DNA from: Alphaproteobacteria bacterium
GTDB taxonomy: Bacteria > Pseudomonadota > Alphaproteobacteria > Rs-D84
Length of the DNA: 64,000 bases
Assembly: GCA_017409215.1 (NCBI GenBank)
Contig: JAFQTD010000034.1
Span: forward strand, 431 to 64,430
Direction: 5' to 3'
Positions 9,929-20,716 of this stretch are shown here, piece by piece. Numbering within the stretch: position 1 is the first letter of the stretch; each line of letters starts with the position of its first letter. Position numbers and translations under genes: made by a program. The notes under the pieces were generated by a model. That model ran no database searches. It saw only the letters and a program-made list of their open reading frames with translations, and had not been told where the DNA came from.

Positions 9929-11503
9929 TTATTTATGTTTTCTTTTTATCAGTTGCATTTGCACAATACCGAACAGGTTAGATACAGTCCAGTACAACAC
10001 CAACCCTGCTGGCATCCATGCGAACATTATTGTAAACAGCAGTGGCATCCAATTCATCATTTTCTGTGTTTGTGCAACAACATCATTTGCTGGTTCTTTT
10101 TTGTTTGCAGATTGCAGATATTGTTGCAACCACATTGTCAACCCCATCAAAATCGGCAACACAAAATAAGGGTCCATTGCAGATAAATCAGAAATCCACA
10201 AGAAATGTGCGTTGCGCATTTGTACTGAAACCAACAGCGCTTTATACAGTGCAAAGAAAATGGGTATTTGAATCAACATTGGCAAACATCCCGACATAGG
10301 TGATGTCTTGTGTGTTTGATACAATTTCATCATTTCCATTTGCAGGCGCATTTTATCATTGGCATACAGTTTCTGAATACGTTGCATTTCAGGTTGCATT
10401 TTCTGCATTGCGGCCATCGAAGTATACGATTTACGTGTCAGTGGCCACATCATCAATCGCAACAATATAGTCATAATTATAATTGCAATGCCATAGTTCA
10501 TAACCACGTGATTAATCGTATTTAACAGCCATAACATAGGACGCGCCAAGAACCAGAACCATCCGTAATTTATAGTATCTGCAATACCTGCGATTTTTGA
10601 TTCTGCGGAATTCAGGACTGATTGTTCGCGTGGTCCAACAAAGACATTTGTTGTAAATGTCTTTGTTTCGCCATTTGGAATCTGTACTGCGCTGGCTGCG
10701 GAATCTGTTAAATATTTATCCCCGGACTTTTTAACGCGAATTGTTTGGTCTGTTGCATCCATCGACGCAACTGTTTCCCAGTACTGGTCTGCAAATCCTG
10801 CAAATCCAGTTTGTGTAGAATATGCATAAGATTTTTTATCTATTTGTTCCCAATTTAAATCTTCGATATCTGTGTTTACGTATGAAATTGCCCCTGTTGA
10901 AACACCAGATGCAGATTTAACATCGTTGGTTTTTACTATGCGAACATACGGTGCAACTGCGATATCTTTACCAGAGTTATTTTGAACGGTATCTGTGATT
11001 GTCACCAGATAGCCATCCGTTGCGATATTTCGTATGAATTTTACATTATCTTGGTTGGTCCAATTCATGCCACCATCGGCCTGTTGTGTCCAGACTGTTT
11101 TGGCAAGTGGGGCTGTTGTCCCGTTTGATAACAATCCCACCTCTATAAAATTATCGTCTGCCCCCAGCAATACTACACGTTCTGCAGAATCGGGATTTTG
11201 CGCAAAATCTGACAATTCTATATTTGAAATTCGCAATCCCTGCAGGTTCGCTTTTATTTTATCAGAATTGATACTTGTTGTTGGAACGTTTGATATGTCT
11301 TCACTGATAACAGTGTCCGTTGTTTCAATATTTTGATTTTTATTTTGTGTAAATGCACCAATTACCCACCATGCAAGCACAAAGACAAATGTCCACCACA
11401 AGAATCCTGAAAAAGACGATTTTTTCTGTGTTGCATTTTTATTTGCGTTCCACATATTAAAACCGGAATTTTTATCCATATATTGTACCATTTTATTTAC
11501 CAT
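9929..11503 (-). CDS. yidC: Membrane protein insertase YidC
   Basis: N-terminal TM, large periplasmic domain and a C-terminal 60-kDa IMP core (LLRLMMWPLT, GCLPMLIQIPIFFALY). The exact start is uncertain (several Met codons; overlaps the lspA stop). Confidence 0.92.
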   Translation of the reverse strand: MVNKMVQYMDKNSGFNMWNANKNATQKKSSFSGFLWWTFVFVLAWWVIGAFTQNKNQNIETTDTVISEDISNVPTTSINSDKIKANLQGLRISNIELSDFAQNPDSAERVVLLGADDNFIEVGLLSNGTTAPLAKTVWTQQADGGMNWTNQDNVKFIRNIATDGYLVTITDTVQNNSGKDIAVAPYVRIVKTNDVKSASGVSTGAISYVNTDIEDLNWEQIDKKSYAYSTQTGFAGFADQYWETVASMDATDQTIRVKKSGDKYLTDSAASAVQIPNGETKTFTTNVFVGPREQSVLNSAESKIAGIADTINYGWFWFLARPMLWLLNTINHVVMNYGIAIIIMTILLRLMMWPLTRKSYTSMAAMQKMQPEMQRIQKLYANDKMRLQMEMMKLYQTHKTSPMSGCLPMLIQIPIFFALYKALLVSVQMRNAHFLWISDLSAMDPYFVLPILMGLTMWLQQYLQSANKKEPANDVVAQTQKMMNWMPLLFTIMFAWMPAGLVLYWTVSNLFGIVQMQLIKRKHK

Positions 11504-12029
11504 CCTTTATTGATTTTATACATTTTTGTCGTGCCAAATAAACGCTTAACAAATACCATGCGACCCCCAGTACGATACAAATATCTGCGATATTGAATGC
11601 GGGCCAATGCCAACCGCCGATATGAAAGTCCAAGAAATCTACAACTGCACCAAATCGTATTCTATCGACCAGGTTCCCCAGTGCGCCACCGCAAACCAGT
11701 GCCAGTGGTGCAACCTCGTATTTTTTTGCGCGTTTAAACAGGTAATACATCAGCACACCAATAATTGCCCCTGTTGCGACAATCATTATAAAAGGTGTCG
11801 CTTCGCCCAGTGTGCGGAACATAGAAAAAGATGTGCCAAAATTCCACGTAAACACAACGTTAAAGAAATCGAAAACATTTGCCATCATATATGGTACTGG
11901 CACAATGTCCCATGCGTGTCCGATCCATGGTACTGTATCTGTAATCAGATATAACAACAATCCCTTGGATAATTGGTCTAAAAATAATGCGCCAAAGATT
12001 ATGGATAGTATAACAAAATATTTTTTCAT
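11493..12029 (-). CDS. lspA: Lipoprotein signal peptidase (signal peptidase II)
   Basis: NFGTSFSMF and GGALGNLVDRIRFGAVVDFLDF motifs. Start taken at MKKYF (the ORF-track Met at 12086 is probably upstream read-in). Confidence 0.9.
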   Translation of the reverse strand: MKKYFVILSIIFGALFLDQLSKGLLLYLITDTVPWIGHAWDIVPVPYMMANVFDFFNVVFTWNFGTSFSMFRTLGEATPFIMIVATGAIIGVLMYYLFKRAKKYEVAPLALVCGGALGNLVDRIRFGAVVDFLDFHIGGWHWPAFNIADICIVLGVAWYLLSVYLARQKCIKSIKDGK

Positions 12030-12144
12030 TTTAATTCCCTGCAAATAACAGAATTTAAATATAACAACATAACATAATAAAATCAAACAAAATGTCCAAT
12101 ATGGAAATTATCGTAAAAAACAGCGCCGAAATTGGCGCGGTCTA

Positions 12145-12639
12145 TTATTTTATATTTTGATTTTTGTACCCTGCAAATTTTAAGATAATATTACTTGGTC
12201 GTTTAAGGTCATCTTGTACCGATGCGATATGTGATAAAACCAAATTGCGCATTTTATCTAAATCATTTTTCATATTAAGCCATGTTAATGATTTGTTTTT
12301 GTTTTGTGCCAGATCCTGCATAGAAATAGCTGGATTAGATAAATATATTTTGCCAAGGGTTATCTTTTCGTTATTTTTAACGCGTACATGTTCTTGCAGC
12401 CATCTTTTAAATAAAAAGATTCCCAAAGATTTCGTGGATAATCTATCTGTTTCTGTAAAGAATATTTTATCCATATTGTATTTTTTTTCAAAATTTTTCA
12501 ACACCGTAAAAAAGCAGATTGCATACCTGTACACATCATCGCCATATGGCGCTTCATCAATTTTTATCAATGTTTCTTGCAATTCTGCAATTGCGTCTAA
12601 AAACTCTGCTCTGTTCGCGGCATTTTGAAATATGGACAT
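12145..12639 (-). CDS. Hypothetical protein (164 aa) in the position normally held by rnpA
   Basis: Clean ORF with an aaggaa RBS. No recognisable motif and no RNR motif of RNase P protein. Confidence 0.6.
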   Translation of the reverse strand: MSIFQNAANRAEFLDAIAELQETLIKIDEAPYGDDVYRYAICFFTVLKNFEKKYNMDKIFFTETDRLSTKSLGIFLFKRWLQEHVRVKNNEKITLGKIYLSNPAISMQDLAQNKNKSLTWLNMKNDLDKMRNLVLSHIASVQDDLKRPSNIILKFAGYKNQNIK

Positions 12640-12689
12640 TAATCTGTTCCTTGGTTTAATTTAATAGTCGCCCAAGGCGACTATTCTGT

Positions 12690-12842
12690 TTAGTTAACTG
12701 CTGATACAGCGATTCTTTTACGTCCAACTGCGCGACGACGGTTTAAAACTTCGCGTCCACCTTTGGTTTCCATTCTTGCACGAAAGCCGTGTGTACGAAC
12801 ACGACGCGTCTTAGATGGTTGATATGTACGTTTTGTTGCCAT
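12690..12842 (-). CDS. rpmH: 50S ribosomal protein L34
   Basis: Not in the ORF track (50 aa). Manual translation gives [50 protein letters not shown], the canonical L34 sequence. Confidence 0.93.
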   Translation of the reverse strand: MATKRTYQPSKTRRVRTHGFRARMETKGGREVLNRRRAVGRKRIAVSAVN

Positions 12843-13138
12843 GACTTAAACCCTTGTTTTACTGTGTGTACTTTGTTTCTTGATTTGTTTTACAGCATCA
12901 TAAACAATCCAAGAATAATTCGTTTGCGCGTATATTTAATCACACGTTTTATAAAAACGCAACCTTTTTATTTAGATTTTATTAATCCAATTTTTTTCAG
13001 CCCCTCTATCATAAGATAGTATGTGAATAATGCAACAAAAAACTTGTAAAATGGTAAAAACATAACTGCCTCTTTTGTCTTACTATATATAATACCACTG
13101 TAAAAATATTTGTCAACTAATTTTTTAACCTTTATTTC

Positions 13139-13168
13139 TTGACCAAAAGCCTAAAAATCTGCTATGTT
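13139..13168 (+). promoter_or_regulatory. Candidate sigma70-type promoter for gyrA
   Basis: TTGACC (13139-13144), an 18-nt spacer, then TATGTT (13163-13168), about 30 nt upstream of the gyrA start. Confidence 0.3.
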
Positions 13169-13198
13169 TTGTATGTTAATAACATAGGAAAGGTAAGT

Positions 13199-15946
13199 AT
13201 GTCTGAAAATATTAATGAAGTAATTGAAACACGTGTTCCGCAGTCTTCGTTGGAACATGAAATGAGAACTAGTTTCTTGGACTATGCGATGTCGGTTATC
13301 GTTGATCGTGCATTGCCTGATGTTCGTGATGGTTGTAAACCCGTTCATCGCAGGATTTTATATGTGATGAATGATGTTGCACCTGCGACTAAGCCGACTG
13401 TTAAATCTGCGCGTATTGTCGGTGATGTTATGGGTAAATATCACCCGCATGGTGACAGCTCTATTTACGAGGCTATGGTTCGTATGGGTCAGGATTTTTC
13501 AATGGGTGAAATGTTGGTCCAAGGGCAGGGTAATTTTGGTTCGCGCGACGGGGACAAGGCCGCTGCTATGCGTTATACAGAGGCTCGACTTTCCAAACTT
13601 GGCGCATCATTAATGGATGATATGGACAAGGATACCGTTGATTGGCAACCGAACTTTGATGGCAGTTTGCAAGAACCTGTTGTCTTGCCGACCAAGTTTC
13701 CAAATTTCTTGGTCAATGGCGGTTCTGGTATTGCGGTTGGTATGGCAACGAATGTACCGACTTATAATCTGGGTGAAATATGCAATGGGATATTGGCGAT
13801 TTTGGACAACAAAGAATTAACCGATGACGAATTGTTCACTATCATTCCTGGGCCTGATTTTCCAACAGGTGCAATGATTATGGGGCGTGCCGGTGCATAC
13901 AAGGCACACACCACAGGACGCGGTTCAATTATTATTCGTTCAAAAACACATATCGAAGATTTTCGTGACCACCAGGCAATCATTGTTGACGAGATTCCAT
14001 ATCAAGTAAACAAAGCCCAGATGATTATAAAAATCGCAGAATTAATCAAAGACAAACGAATCGAAGGTATATCGGAAATTCGCGACGAATCGTCCAAGGA
14101 AGGTTTGCGAATCGTTATTGAATTAAAGCGCGACGCAATTGCAGATGTTGTATTAAATCATCTGTTTCAATACACAGAAATGCAGACCAGTTTTCCTGTA
14201 AATATGATGGCGCTTAATCGTGGTCGTCCAATGTTGTTTAATGTGCGTGGTGTATTGGATGCGTTTATTGATTTTCGTGCCGAGGTTATTCGTCGTCGTA
14301 CAATATTTGACCTGAACAAGGCGCGCAATCGTGCGCATACATTGCTTGGTTTATCTGTTGCGGTTGGCAATCTGGACGAAGTAATTGAATTGATTAAATC
14401 CAGCCCAAATCCAGAGGCTGCACGTGAAGCATTAATATCACGTGGTTGGAAGGCTTCTGACATCGAATCCTATATCCAATTAATCGATGACCCGAACACA
14501 GAATACAAAGATGGAATGTTTTATATGTCCGAAGACCAAGCGCGTGCAATCTTGGAATTGCAATTGCATCGTTTAACGGGTCTGGAACGCGACAAGATTC
14601 ACGATGATTTAACATCGCTGGGTGCAACAATTCGTGATTTGTTGGAAATTTTGGGCAGTCAAGAACGTATAATTCAAATCATACGTGAAGAAACCGCATC
14701 GGTTCGTGACAATTGGGCATCCCCCAGACGTACTGAAATATCAGATGCAGAAATTGACATTGATATCGAAGATTTGATTGCACGTGAAGATATGGTTATC
14801 ACTGTATCAAACACTGGTTATATCAAGCGTGTTGCGCTGGACACATATCGTGCGCAAAAACGTGGTGGCAAGGGTCGAAATGCAATGGCAACCAAAGACG
14901 ATGATTATGTTGTTCAGGTCTTTGTTGCGAACACGCACACACCATTGCTATTCTTCAGTTCCAAGGGATTATGCTATAAGCTAAAGACCTATAAATTGCC
15001 CGAGGCTGCCGCCGCTGCCAAGGGACGTCCATTGGTAAATCTGTTGCCACTGGAAAATGGCGAAACAATTACTGCGATTTTACCTGTCCCCGAAGAGGAT
15101 GTTGCGCGTGTTGCAGAATCTGGCAAAGAACATTTCTTGATGTTCGCAACTGCATCTGGAACGGTTCGCAGAAATCGTATGTCTGATTTTGATTCGATTC
15201 GTGCCAATGGCAAGATTGCAATGAAACTGGACGAAGGTGACAGTCTGATATCGGTACTGCCATGCAACGAAGACCAAGATGTGTTCTTGGCGACCTATCG
15301 TGGACGTGCGATTCGATTCCCTGTCCCAGAAATTCGTGTTTTTGCAGGTCGTAATTCAACAGGTGTACGTGGTATAACACTTGGCACAGATGACAGAATT
15401 ATTGGAATGGCGATGTTAAATCGTGGCGAATCTGATTCTGCAATTCGTGCGGCGTATATCAAACAATCACGTGCCGCCCGACGTGCAGAAACTGGAATTG
15501 AAGAAGAAGCCGATTCTGACGAAGAAGAAACAACACTTGTTCTGGATGAAGCCAAAATGGCAGAAATGGCATCACGTGAAGAGTTTATTTTGACCATATC
15601 TGAAAATGGATTTGGCAAGCGTACCAGTTCATACGAATATCGTTTAACGCATCGTGGTGGTGGTGGCTTCACTAACATCAAGCTTGGTGGCAAGAACACA
15701 GCGGTTGCAGGTTCGTTCCCTGTTGAAAATGACCAAGATGTGATAATGGTGACCGACGGTGGCAAGATTATTCGTACACCTGTATCGGATGTTCGCATTG
15801 CTGGTCGCAGTACGGCTGGGGTGACATTGTTCCGTACGGCAGATAATGAAAAGGTTGTTTCTGCAATTTCAATCGAAGGCTCAGAAGATGCGGCCGAAGA
15901 ATCAGCAGAGGTTGCATCAGACATCACAGAAAGTATTTCTGAATAA
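13199..15946 (+). CDS. gyrA: DNA gyrase subunit A
   Basis: [26 protein letters not shown] and [18 protein letters not shown] motifs; C-terminal beta-pinwheel repeats. Start taken at MSENINE, preceded by aggaaagg. Confidence 0.96.
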   Translation: MSENINEVIETRVPQSSLEHEMRTSFLDYAMSVIVDRALPDVRDGCKPVHRRILYVMNDVAPATKPTVKSARIVGDVMGKYHPHGDSSIYEAMVRMGQDFSMGEMLVQGQGNFGSRDGDKAAAMRYTEARLSKLGASLMDDMDKDTVDWQPNFDGSLQEPVVLPTKFPNFLVNGGSGIAVGMATNVPTYNLGEICNGILAILDNKELTDDELFTIIPGPDFPTGAMIMGRAGAYKAHTTGRGSIIIRSKTHIEDFRDHQAIIVDEIPYQVNKAQMIIKIAELIKDKRIEGISEIRDESSKEGLRIVIELKRDAIADVVLNHLFQYTEMQTSFPVNMMALNRGRPMLFNVRGVLDAFIDFRAEVIRRRTIFDLNKARNRAHTLLGLSVAVGNLDEVIELIKSSPNPEAAREALISRGWKASDIESYIQLIDDPNTEYKDGMFYMSEDQARAILELQLHRLTGLERDKIHDDLTSLGATIRDLLEILGSQERIIQIIREETASVRDNWASPRRTEISDAEIDIDIEDLIAREDMVITVSNTGYIKRVALDTYRAQKRGGKGRNAMATKDDDYVVQVFVANTHTPLLFFSSKGLCYKLKTYKLPEAAAAAKGRPLVNLLPLENGETITAILPVPEEDVARVAESGKEHFLMFATASGTVRRNRMSDFDSIRANGKIAMKLDEGDSLISVLPCNEDQDVFLATYRGRAIRFPVPEIRVFAGRNSTGVRGITLGTDDRIIGMAMLNRGESDSAIRAAYIKQSRAARRAETGIEEEADSDEEETTLVLDEAKMAEMASREEFILTISENGFGKRTSSYEYRLTHRGGGGFTNIKLGGKNTAVAGSFPVENDQDVIMVTDGGKIIRTPVSDVRIAGRSTAGVTLFRTADNEKVVSAISIEGSEDAAEESAEVASDITESISE

Positions 15947-16347
15947 TGCATAGGGGTGCAGGTATGGATAACAACGAATATTTTATGTCAATAAACGAAG
16001 TTTCGAAACGTTTAAACGTACCTGCACATACATTGCGTTATTGGGAACGTCAGTTTCCTGTGGCGATACGGCCAACGACTGGTGCGGGCGGTCGTCGTTA
16101 TTATCGGCCAGAAACATTTCAACGTCTAATAACAATCAAAGATTTGTTATACACGCATGGAATGACGATTGCTGGGGTCAAGAAGATGATGCGTGATGGC
16201 AATTTACCTGCATCATCGCAAGATATTTTAAAAAATGTTGTTCAAACAGGTGCAATATCTGCGAAAACAACCCCCAGTGAATACGACACAGAAGATATAG
16301 ATTTGGCAATAACATTATTAAAGAACGCAAGAAGCATATTGCAATAA
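15946..16347 (+). CDS. MerR-family transcriptional regulator
   Basis: MSINEVSKRLNVPAHTLRYWERQF is a MerR-type HTH. The start is uncertain (15946 overlaps the gyrA stop; alternative Met at 15964). Confidence 0.8.
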   Translation: MHRGAGMDNNEYFMSINEVSKRLNVPAHTLRYWERQFPVAIRPTTGAGGRRYYRPETFQRLITIKDLLYTHGMTIAGVKKMMRDGNLPASSQDILKNVVQTGAISAKTTPSEYDTEDIDLAITLLKNARSILQ

Positions 16348-16376
16348 AAACACCCCAACAATGGTTGGGGTGTTTT
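16348..16376. terminator. Bidirectional terminator between the MerR gene and the thioesterase gene
   Basis: Stem caccccaac/gttggggtg (16351-16372), flanked by an A-run and a T-run. Confidence 0.6.
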
Positions 16377-17104
16377 CATATCTGTTTCCAATGGCATATA
16401 ACCAGTGCATGTTCTGTATCGCCGGTACGGATTTTATGTCGGCTGACCAGTCCATCAATTGCGACATCAATAAATACCTCTGGCGTGTCTGGTTTAATTT
16501 CTTTTTTGAAATTAATATCGATTTTGGCCAATTTGTGTTTGCTGCGATATTCGTATCCGACGCTTTCGGTTGCCCATACTGCATAAACTGCATTATTAAT
16601 ATGCTGATTAACATCGATATCATCGAATCTGCACTTAAAGATATGCGTTTTATTTGTTTCAAAATCTGGAAACTTTTCAAATGCACAGCTATACGCACGA
16701 TTATTAACGACAACATCAGGCGACAAGTGTTTTTCCAATGGCAATGGTCTGCGGCTGGTTAAATCAATCAGAATCCACTGTGACGTTGCGCGCACCATCA
16801 GTCGCCCATCTGCACCACGCACTTCAAAATCGCGCGTTGCGCGCAATGCGTCCTGACATGATGGCCATGTTGTAAAGGTTAATTCTTCACCTTCGCGTGG
16901 CAACTCAACAATATCAACCAGATAGTACATCACAACCCATCCGACATTGTTTTCCAGACAATATGTTCGCCCACACCCCAGAATTTCAGCGTGTCTGTCC
17001 GCAATAGATTGCAATTCGTTCATCAAAATCAGCGGCCTAACATTGCTGTATTTGTCGCACTGATATGCCTGTAAAATACGTTTTTCAACCAGTTTCCCAG
17101 ACAT
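16376..17104 (-). CDS. Acyl-ACP thioesterase family protein
   Basis: 242 aa with a double hotdog layout. The N-terminal half (YQCDKYSNVRPLILMNELQSIADRHAE...GWVVMYYLVDI) and the NQHINNAVY motif in the second half are typical of the family. Confidence 0.75.
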   Translation of the reverse strand: MSGKLVEKRILQAYQCDKYSNVRPLILMNELQSIADRHAEILGCGRTYCLENNVGWVVMYYLVDIVELPREGEELTFTTWPSCQDALRATRDFEVRGADGRLMVRATSQWILIDLTSRRPLPLEKHLSPDVVVNNRAYSCAFEKFPDFETNKTHIFKCRFDDIDVNQHINNAVYAVWATESVGYEYRSKHKLAKIDINFKKEIKPDTPEVFIDVAIDGLVSRHKIRTGDTEHALVICHWKQI

Positions 17105-17106
17105 TT

Positions 17107-19509
17107 TTACCCCTGCATATTTTGTGCCACAACAAAGTCTAATTCGTCACCGATTTGAATATTATTTGCGCGCGCTGCAGATTTTATCAATCCATGCAAA
17201 ACATCAGGCACGTCATTTGTAATGGTCAGCATTTCCAGCTTTGCGCCATTTCCGACCTTGCGTTCTGTGCGCAGTCCGCGAATGTTTTTCAGCACCTCTA
17301 ATGCGATATCCATCGTTGAAACGTCTGTATCGTATTCAGGCACAACTGTTGGGTATGCAGTCAAGTGCAGTGTTTCGCCACCTTCGAACGGCTTGTATAT
17401 TTTTTGCCACAATTCTTCGGTCAAGAATGGAATAAATGGTGCATACAGACCAATTATTGCGCGCAGAACGGTATACAACGTCCATTGTGCAGACAATTTT
17501 GATTCAGCGCTATATTTTTCAGGTGCCCAGAATCTGTCTTTGATAAATTCCAAATATTGGTCACAGAAAACATCCCAAAAGAAGGTATCAATTGCTGCGC
17601 GTGAATTGTAATTATCATATCTGTCCAAATGTTTTCGTACTTCTGCGACTGTTTTGTTAAGTTCTGACAACACCCATCTATCTTCGATAAATCGTTCTGA
17701 TACAGGTATTTGCCTTGCGCAATCTGGTTCAAAATCAGACAGATTCATCAGGGTATACTTTGACGCGTTCCATAATTTAGTCAGCAGTTTAGAACCGCGT
17801 TTCACCTCGTCATCAGAATAACGAATATCTGTTCCGATTGGTGCGGTTGCAATCCAGTACCGCAACGCATCTACCCCAAACTTTTCAACTGTATCCAGTG
17901 GGTCTGTGCCGTTGCCCTTGGTCTTTGACATTTTTTGACCTTTGGAATCACGCACCAGTCCATGGAAATTAACGGTATGAAATGGTACTTTGCCCATAAC
18001 ATATATTCCCATCATAATCATACGTGCGACCCAAAAGAATATGATATCTGCACCTGTATACAACAGGTCTGTTGGGTAATATTTTTGCAATTCTAACGTA
18101 TCTGTTGGCCATCCAAGTGTTGAAAACGGCCACAGTCCTGATGAAAACCAAGTGTCCAGCACATCAGGGTCGCGTGTCAAAGATTTTCCACCTGCCATTT
18201 TAATGGCTTCATCTTCTGTTTCTGCGACATATACCTTGCCATCTTCATCGTACCATGCTGGTATATGGTGGCCCCACCATAATTGACGTGATATGGTCCA
18301 TGGTCTGATGTTTTTCATCCACGCCATGAACAGGTTATAACGATGTTCTGGCATAAATTGAACTTCACCGTTTTCGACAGCTTTGATTGCAGGAATCGCT
18401 AATTTTTCCGCATCAACGAACCACTGGTCGGTCAGATATGGTTCAACTGGTACCAGTGCGCGTTCAGAATAAGGTGTTGGAATTATCTTATCTTCGATTT
18501 TTACCAGTAATCCTGCATCTTCGATATCTGCAACGATTGCATCGCGCGCTTTATATCTGTCCATTCCGCGATATTTTTCAGGCACAACAGGATTGTCATT
18601 TAACCTTGCATCTGGTGTTAAAATGCAAACAGGTGTCAGGTTGTGACGTTGTCCGACTTCCCAGTCATCAAAATCGTGTGCAGGTGTAATTTTCACTGCC
18701 CCTGTACCTTTTTCTGGATCTGCGTGTTCATCTGCGATAATTGGAATTTCGATATTTGTCAGTGGAATAATTGCCTTGCGCCCAATCAAGTGTTTTAACT
18801 TTTCGTTTTCTGGGTGAACTGCAATTGCTTGGTCGCCGAACAGTGTTTCTGGTCGTGTTGTTGCGATTTCAATAACACCGCCACCAACCAATTGGTAATT
18901 GAAATAATAAAATTTACCTTTTTCTTCACGTGTTTCGATTTCCAAATCAGAAATAGACGTCATCTGTTTTGGGCACCAATTCACCAGACGTTTTTCACGA
19001 TAAATCAGTCCTTCGTTATACATTTTTACAAACAGCTTTGTCACTGCATCAGACAGTCCCTGGTCCATTGTAAATCTTTCGCGCTTCCACACTGGGCTGG
19101 CCCCCAAGATATGCAATTGGTTCATAATTTGGCCACCCTTTTCAGACTTCCATTTCCATGCTGCATCTAACTTTTCCTGCAAAGACAAACTGTGTGGATT
19201 AATTCCGCGCTTTGACAGGTCGCGTTCCACCAACAGTTGTGTTGCAATTGATGCGTGGTCTGTCCCAGGTTGCCACAACACATCAAAGCCTGACATACGT
19301 TTATACCTGCAAACGATATCTGTTAATACATTATCCAGTGCGTGCCCCATATGTAAATTACCGGTCACATTTGGTGGTGGCATCATAATGCAAAATGCAG
19401 GCTTATCAGATTTTACATCATTATCCCAGAAATTATTATTATCCCAAAATTCTTGTATTTTTGTTTCGATTTCGCGTGGATTGATATTTTTACCTAGTTC
19501 GATATTCAT
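17107..19509 (-). CDS. valS: Valine--tRNA ligase (short form, no C-terminal coiled coil)
   Basis: PPPNVTGNLHMGHA (HIGH) and KMSKTKGN (KMSKS). Start taken at MNIELGKN (ATG at 19509), giving about 800 aa. Confidence 0.93.
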   Translation of the reverse strand: MNIELGKNINPREIETKIQEFWDNNNFWDNDVKSDKPAFCIMMPPPNVTGNLHMGHALDNVLTDIVCRYKRMSGFDVLWQPGTDHASIATQLLVERDLSKRGINPHSLSLQEKLDAAWKWKSEKGGQIMNQLHILGASPVWKRERFTMDQGLSDAVTKLFVKMYNEGLIYREKRLVNWCPKQMTSISDLEIETREEKGKFYYFNYQLVGGGVIEIATTRPETLFGDQAIAVHPENEKLKHLIGRKAIIPLTNIEIPIIADEHADPEKGTGAVKITPAHDFDDWEVGQRHNLTPVCILTPDARLNDNPVVPEKYRGMDRYKARDAIVADIEDAGLLVKIEDKIIPTPYSERALVPVEPYLTDQWFVDAEKLAIPAIKAVENGEVQFMPEHRYNLFMAWMKNIRPWTISRQLWWGHHIPAWYDEDGKVYVAETEDEAIKMAGGKSLTRDPDVLDTWFSSGLWPFSTLGWPTDTLELQKYYPTDLLYTGADIIFFWVARMIMMGIYVMGKVPFHTVNFHGLVRDSKGQKMSKTKGNGTDPLDTVEKFGVDALRYWIATAPIGTDIRYSDDEVKRGSKLLTKLWNASKYTLMNLSDFEPDCARQIPVSERFIEDRWVLSELNKTVAEVRKHLDRYDNYNSRAAIDTFFWDVFCDQYLEFIKDRFWAPEKYSAESKLSAQWTLYTVLRAIIGLYAPFIPFLTEELWQKIYKPFEGGETLHLTAYPTVVPEYDTDVSTMDIALEVLKNIRGLRTERKVGNGAKLEMLTITNDVPDVLHGLIKSAARANNIQIGDELDFVVAQNMQG

Positions 19510-19839
19510 ATTGCATACCTTGTTGTTTGTATAATCTGTTGCAAATCGTACCAGAATAAAATCAAAATTCAAGGAAAACCCCAATAGTGAAAAATACATT
19601 ACACCGACACATTTGATACAAAGTCCCAAAAGTGACAGTGGACGATTAAATCACCACCACAACAGGTGCTTGTCCGGCCCCTGGGTATTATTTGCCACAT
19701 TTGTCAGAAGTATGCGAAAGATGCCGCTGTCATAATTTTATGACAAAAATTTATGAAAAAAACAAGATAGAGTCATCAGATATGGGAAAATTTATATTCA
19801 GTCGATTGTGCCTAAGGGGGAAAAAAATAGGATTTTATA

Positions 19840-19867
19840 TTGACATCCAGCATGGATTTGCTATTTT
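19840..19867 (+). promoter_or_regulatory. Candidate promoter for the 19897 ORF pair
   Basis: TTGACA (19840-19845), a 16-nt spacer, then TATTTT (19862-19867), about 30 nt upstream of the ATG. Confidence 0.3.
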
Positions 19868-19896
19868 TTTATTGATATAACCAAGGGGTTCTGACA

Positions 19897-20355
19897 ATGG
19901 AACGTATTTTTAAGCAGGTTATTGAAATCCTGAACCAAAACCAAGTTTATCATTCTGTTAACCAAGAAGATATCAGCAAGACAGACTTTTGTATGGTTGA
20001 TGTTTATTCTGTAAATGCTATTGTGAAACAACCACTTGCAAAAACGATTTCTAAAAAACGTTCCAAGAAAATTGCCGAACCGCAAATTGTATTTGTTCCG
20101 ATTTTACAAATCAGGCATAATCCGATAATGTGCAATCTTAAAATATTTTTGGATAACGAATGTATTTATAACAACAATAATTTCCAAGTTGAAACAATTG
20201 GTTATAATAACAACAGGGTACAATCGCCTGAACCGTCGCTTAAAAAGATTCTTGATATATGCAAAACAAAATCAACCAAGGCGCACCTACAGAACCTAAG
20301 AATGGCAAAAGAATTACTCAAGGAACAGCGCAGGTTTTTGGCCAATGTCAGATGA
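19897..20355 (+). CDS. Hypothetical protein (152 aa)
   Basis: ORF with an aagggg RBS 8 nt upstream; no recognisable motifs. Confidence 0.55.
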   Translation: MERIFKQVIEILNQNQVYHSVNQEDISKTDFCMVDVYSVNAIVKQPLAKTISKKRSKKIAEPQIVFVPILQIRHNPIMCNLKIFLDNECIYNNNNFQVETIGYNNNRVQSPEPSLKKILDICKTKSTKAHLQNLRMAKELLKEQRRFLANVR

Positions 20356-20716
20356 TTCAACCAGGATGTTTTTGTATTTGAAAAAACTTATACAGACATC
20401 ATTTGTTGGTGTGACAAGTTTATGTGGTGACGCAGTCAAGGAATATTTCATAGATATTGACGCAGGCACAACGATTTCGTTCATTGTTTCCAAAAACAAC
20501 ACAGATGGCATACCTTCGTATCAATATTTAATCGGTATGGGTGAAGACATTATCGCAAGTGCAATGATTTCTGCGCATTCTAAACACCTGACCCGCGAAG
20601 AAGAAATGATTGTTCGGTTGTTTGATTTGTGTTCTGCACGCGTTATTTTCCAAGAAACACGTGGTGCGATACGTGCGGCATTGGAATCCAACAGGCAAAA
20701 AAATCGATTAAACTAA
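20345..20716 (+). CDS. Hypothetical protein (123 aa), overlapping the previous ORF by 11 nt
   Basis: Overlapping start and stop suggest translational coupling; no recognisable motifs. Confidence 0.5.
   Translation: MSDDSTRMFLYLKKLIQTSFVGVTSLCGDAVKEYFIDIDAGTTISFIVSKNNTDGIPSYQYLIGMGEDIIASAMISAHSKHLTREEEMIVRLFDLCSARVIFQETRGAIRAALESNRQKNRLN

Noticed and set aside
12145-12639. The 164-aa ORF as a divergent RNase P protein (rnpA), because of its position after rpmH
   Set aside because: It has no RNR motif, is not strongly basic, is about 40 aa longer than RnpA, and shows no alignable segment by eye. It is kept as hypothetical.
12843-13198. AT-rich divergent region between rpmH and gyrA as a possible replication origin
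   Set aside because: I found only one near-match to a DnaA box (tgtgaataa at 13022-13030). There is no cluster of boxes or AT-rich 13-mers, and alphaproteobacterial origins are usually elsewhere (hemE region). It is better explained as two divergent promoters.
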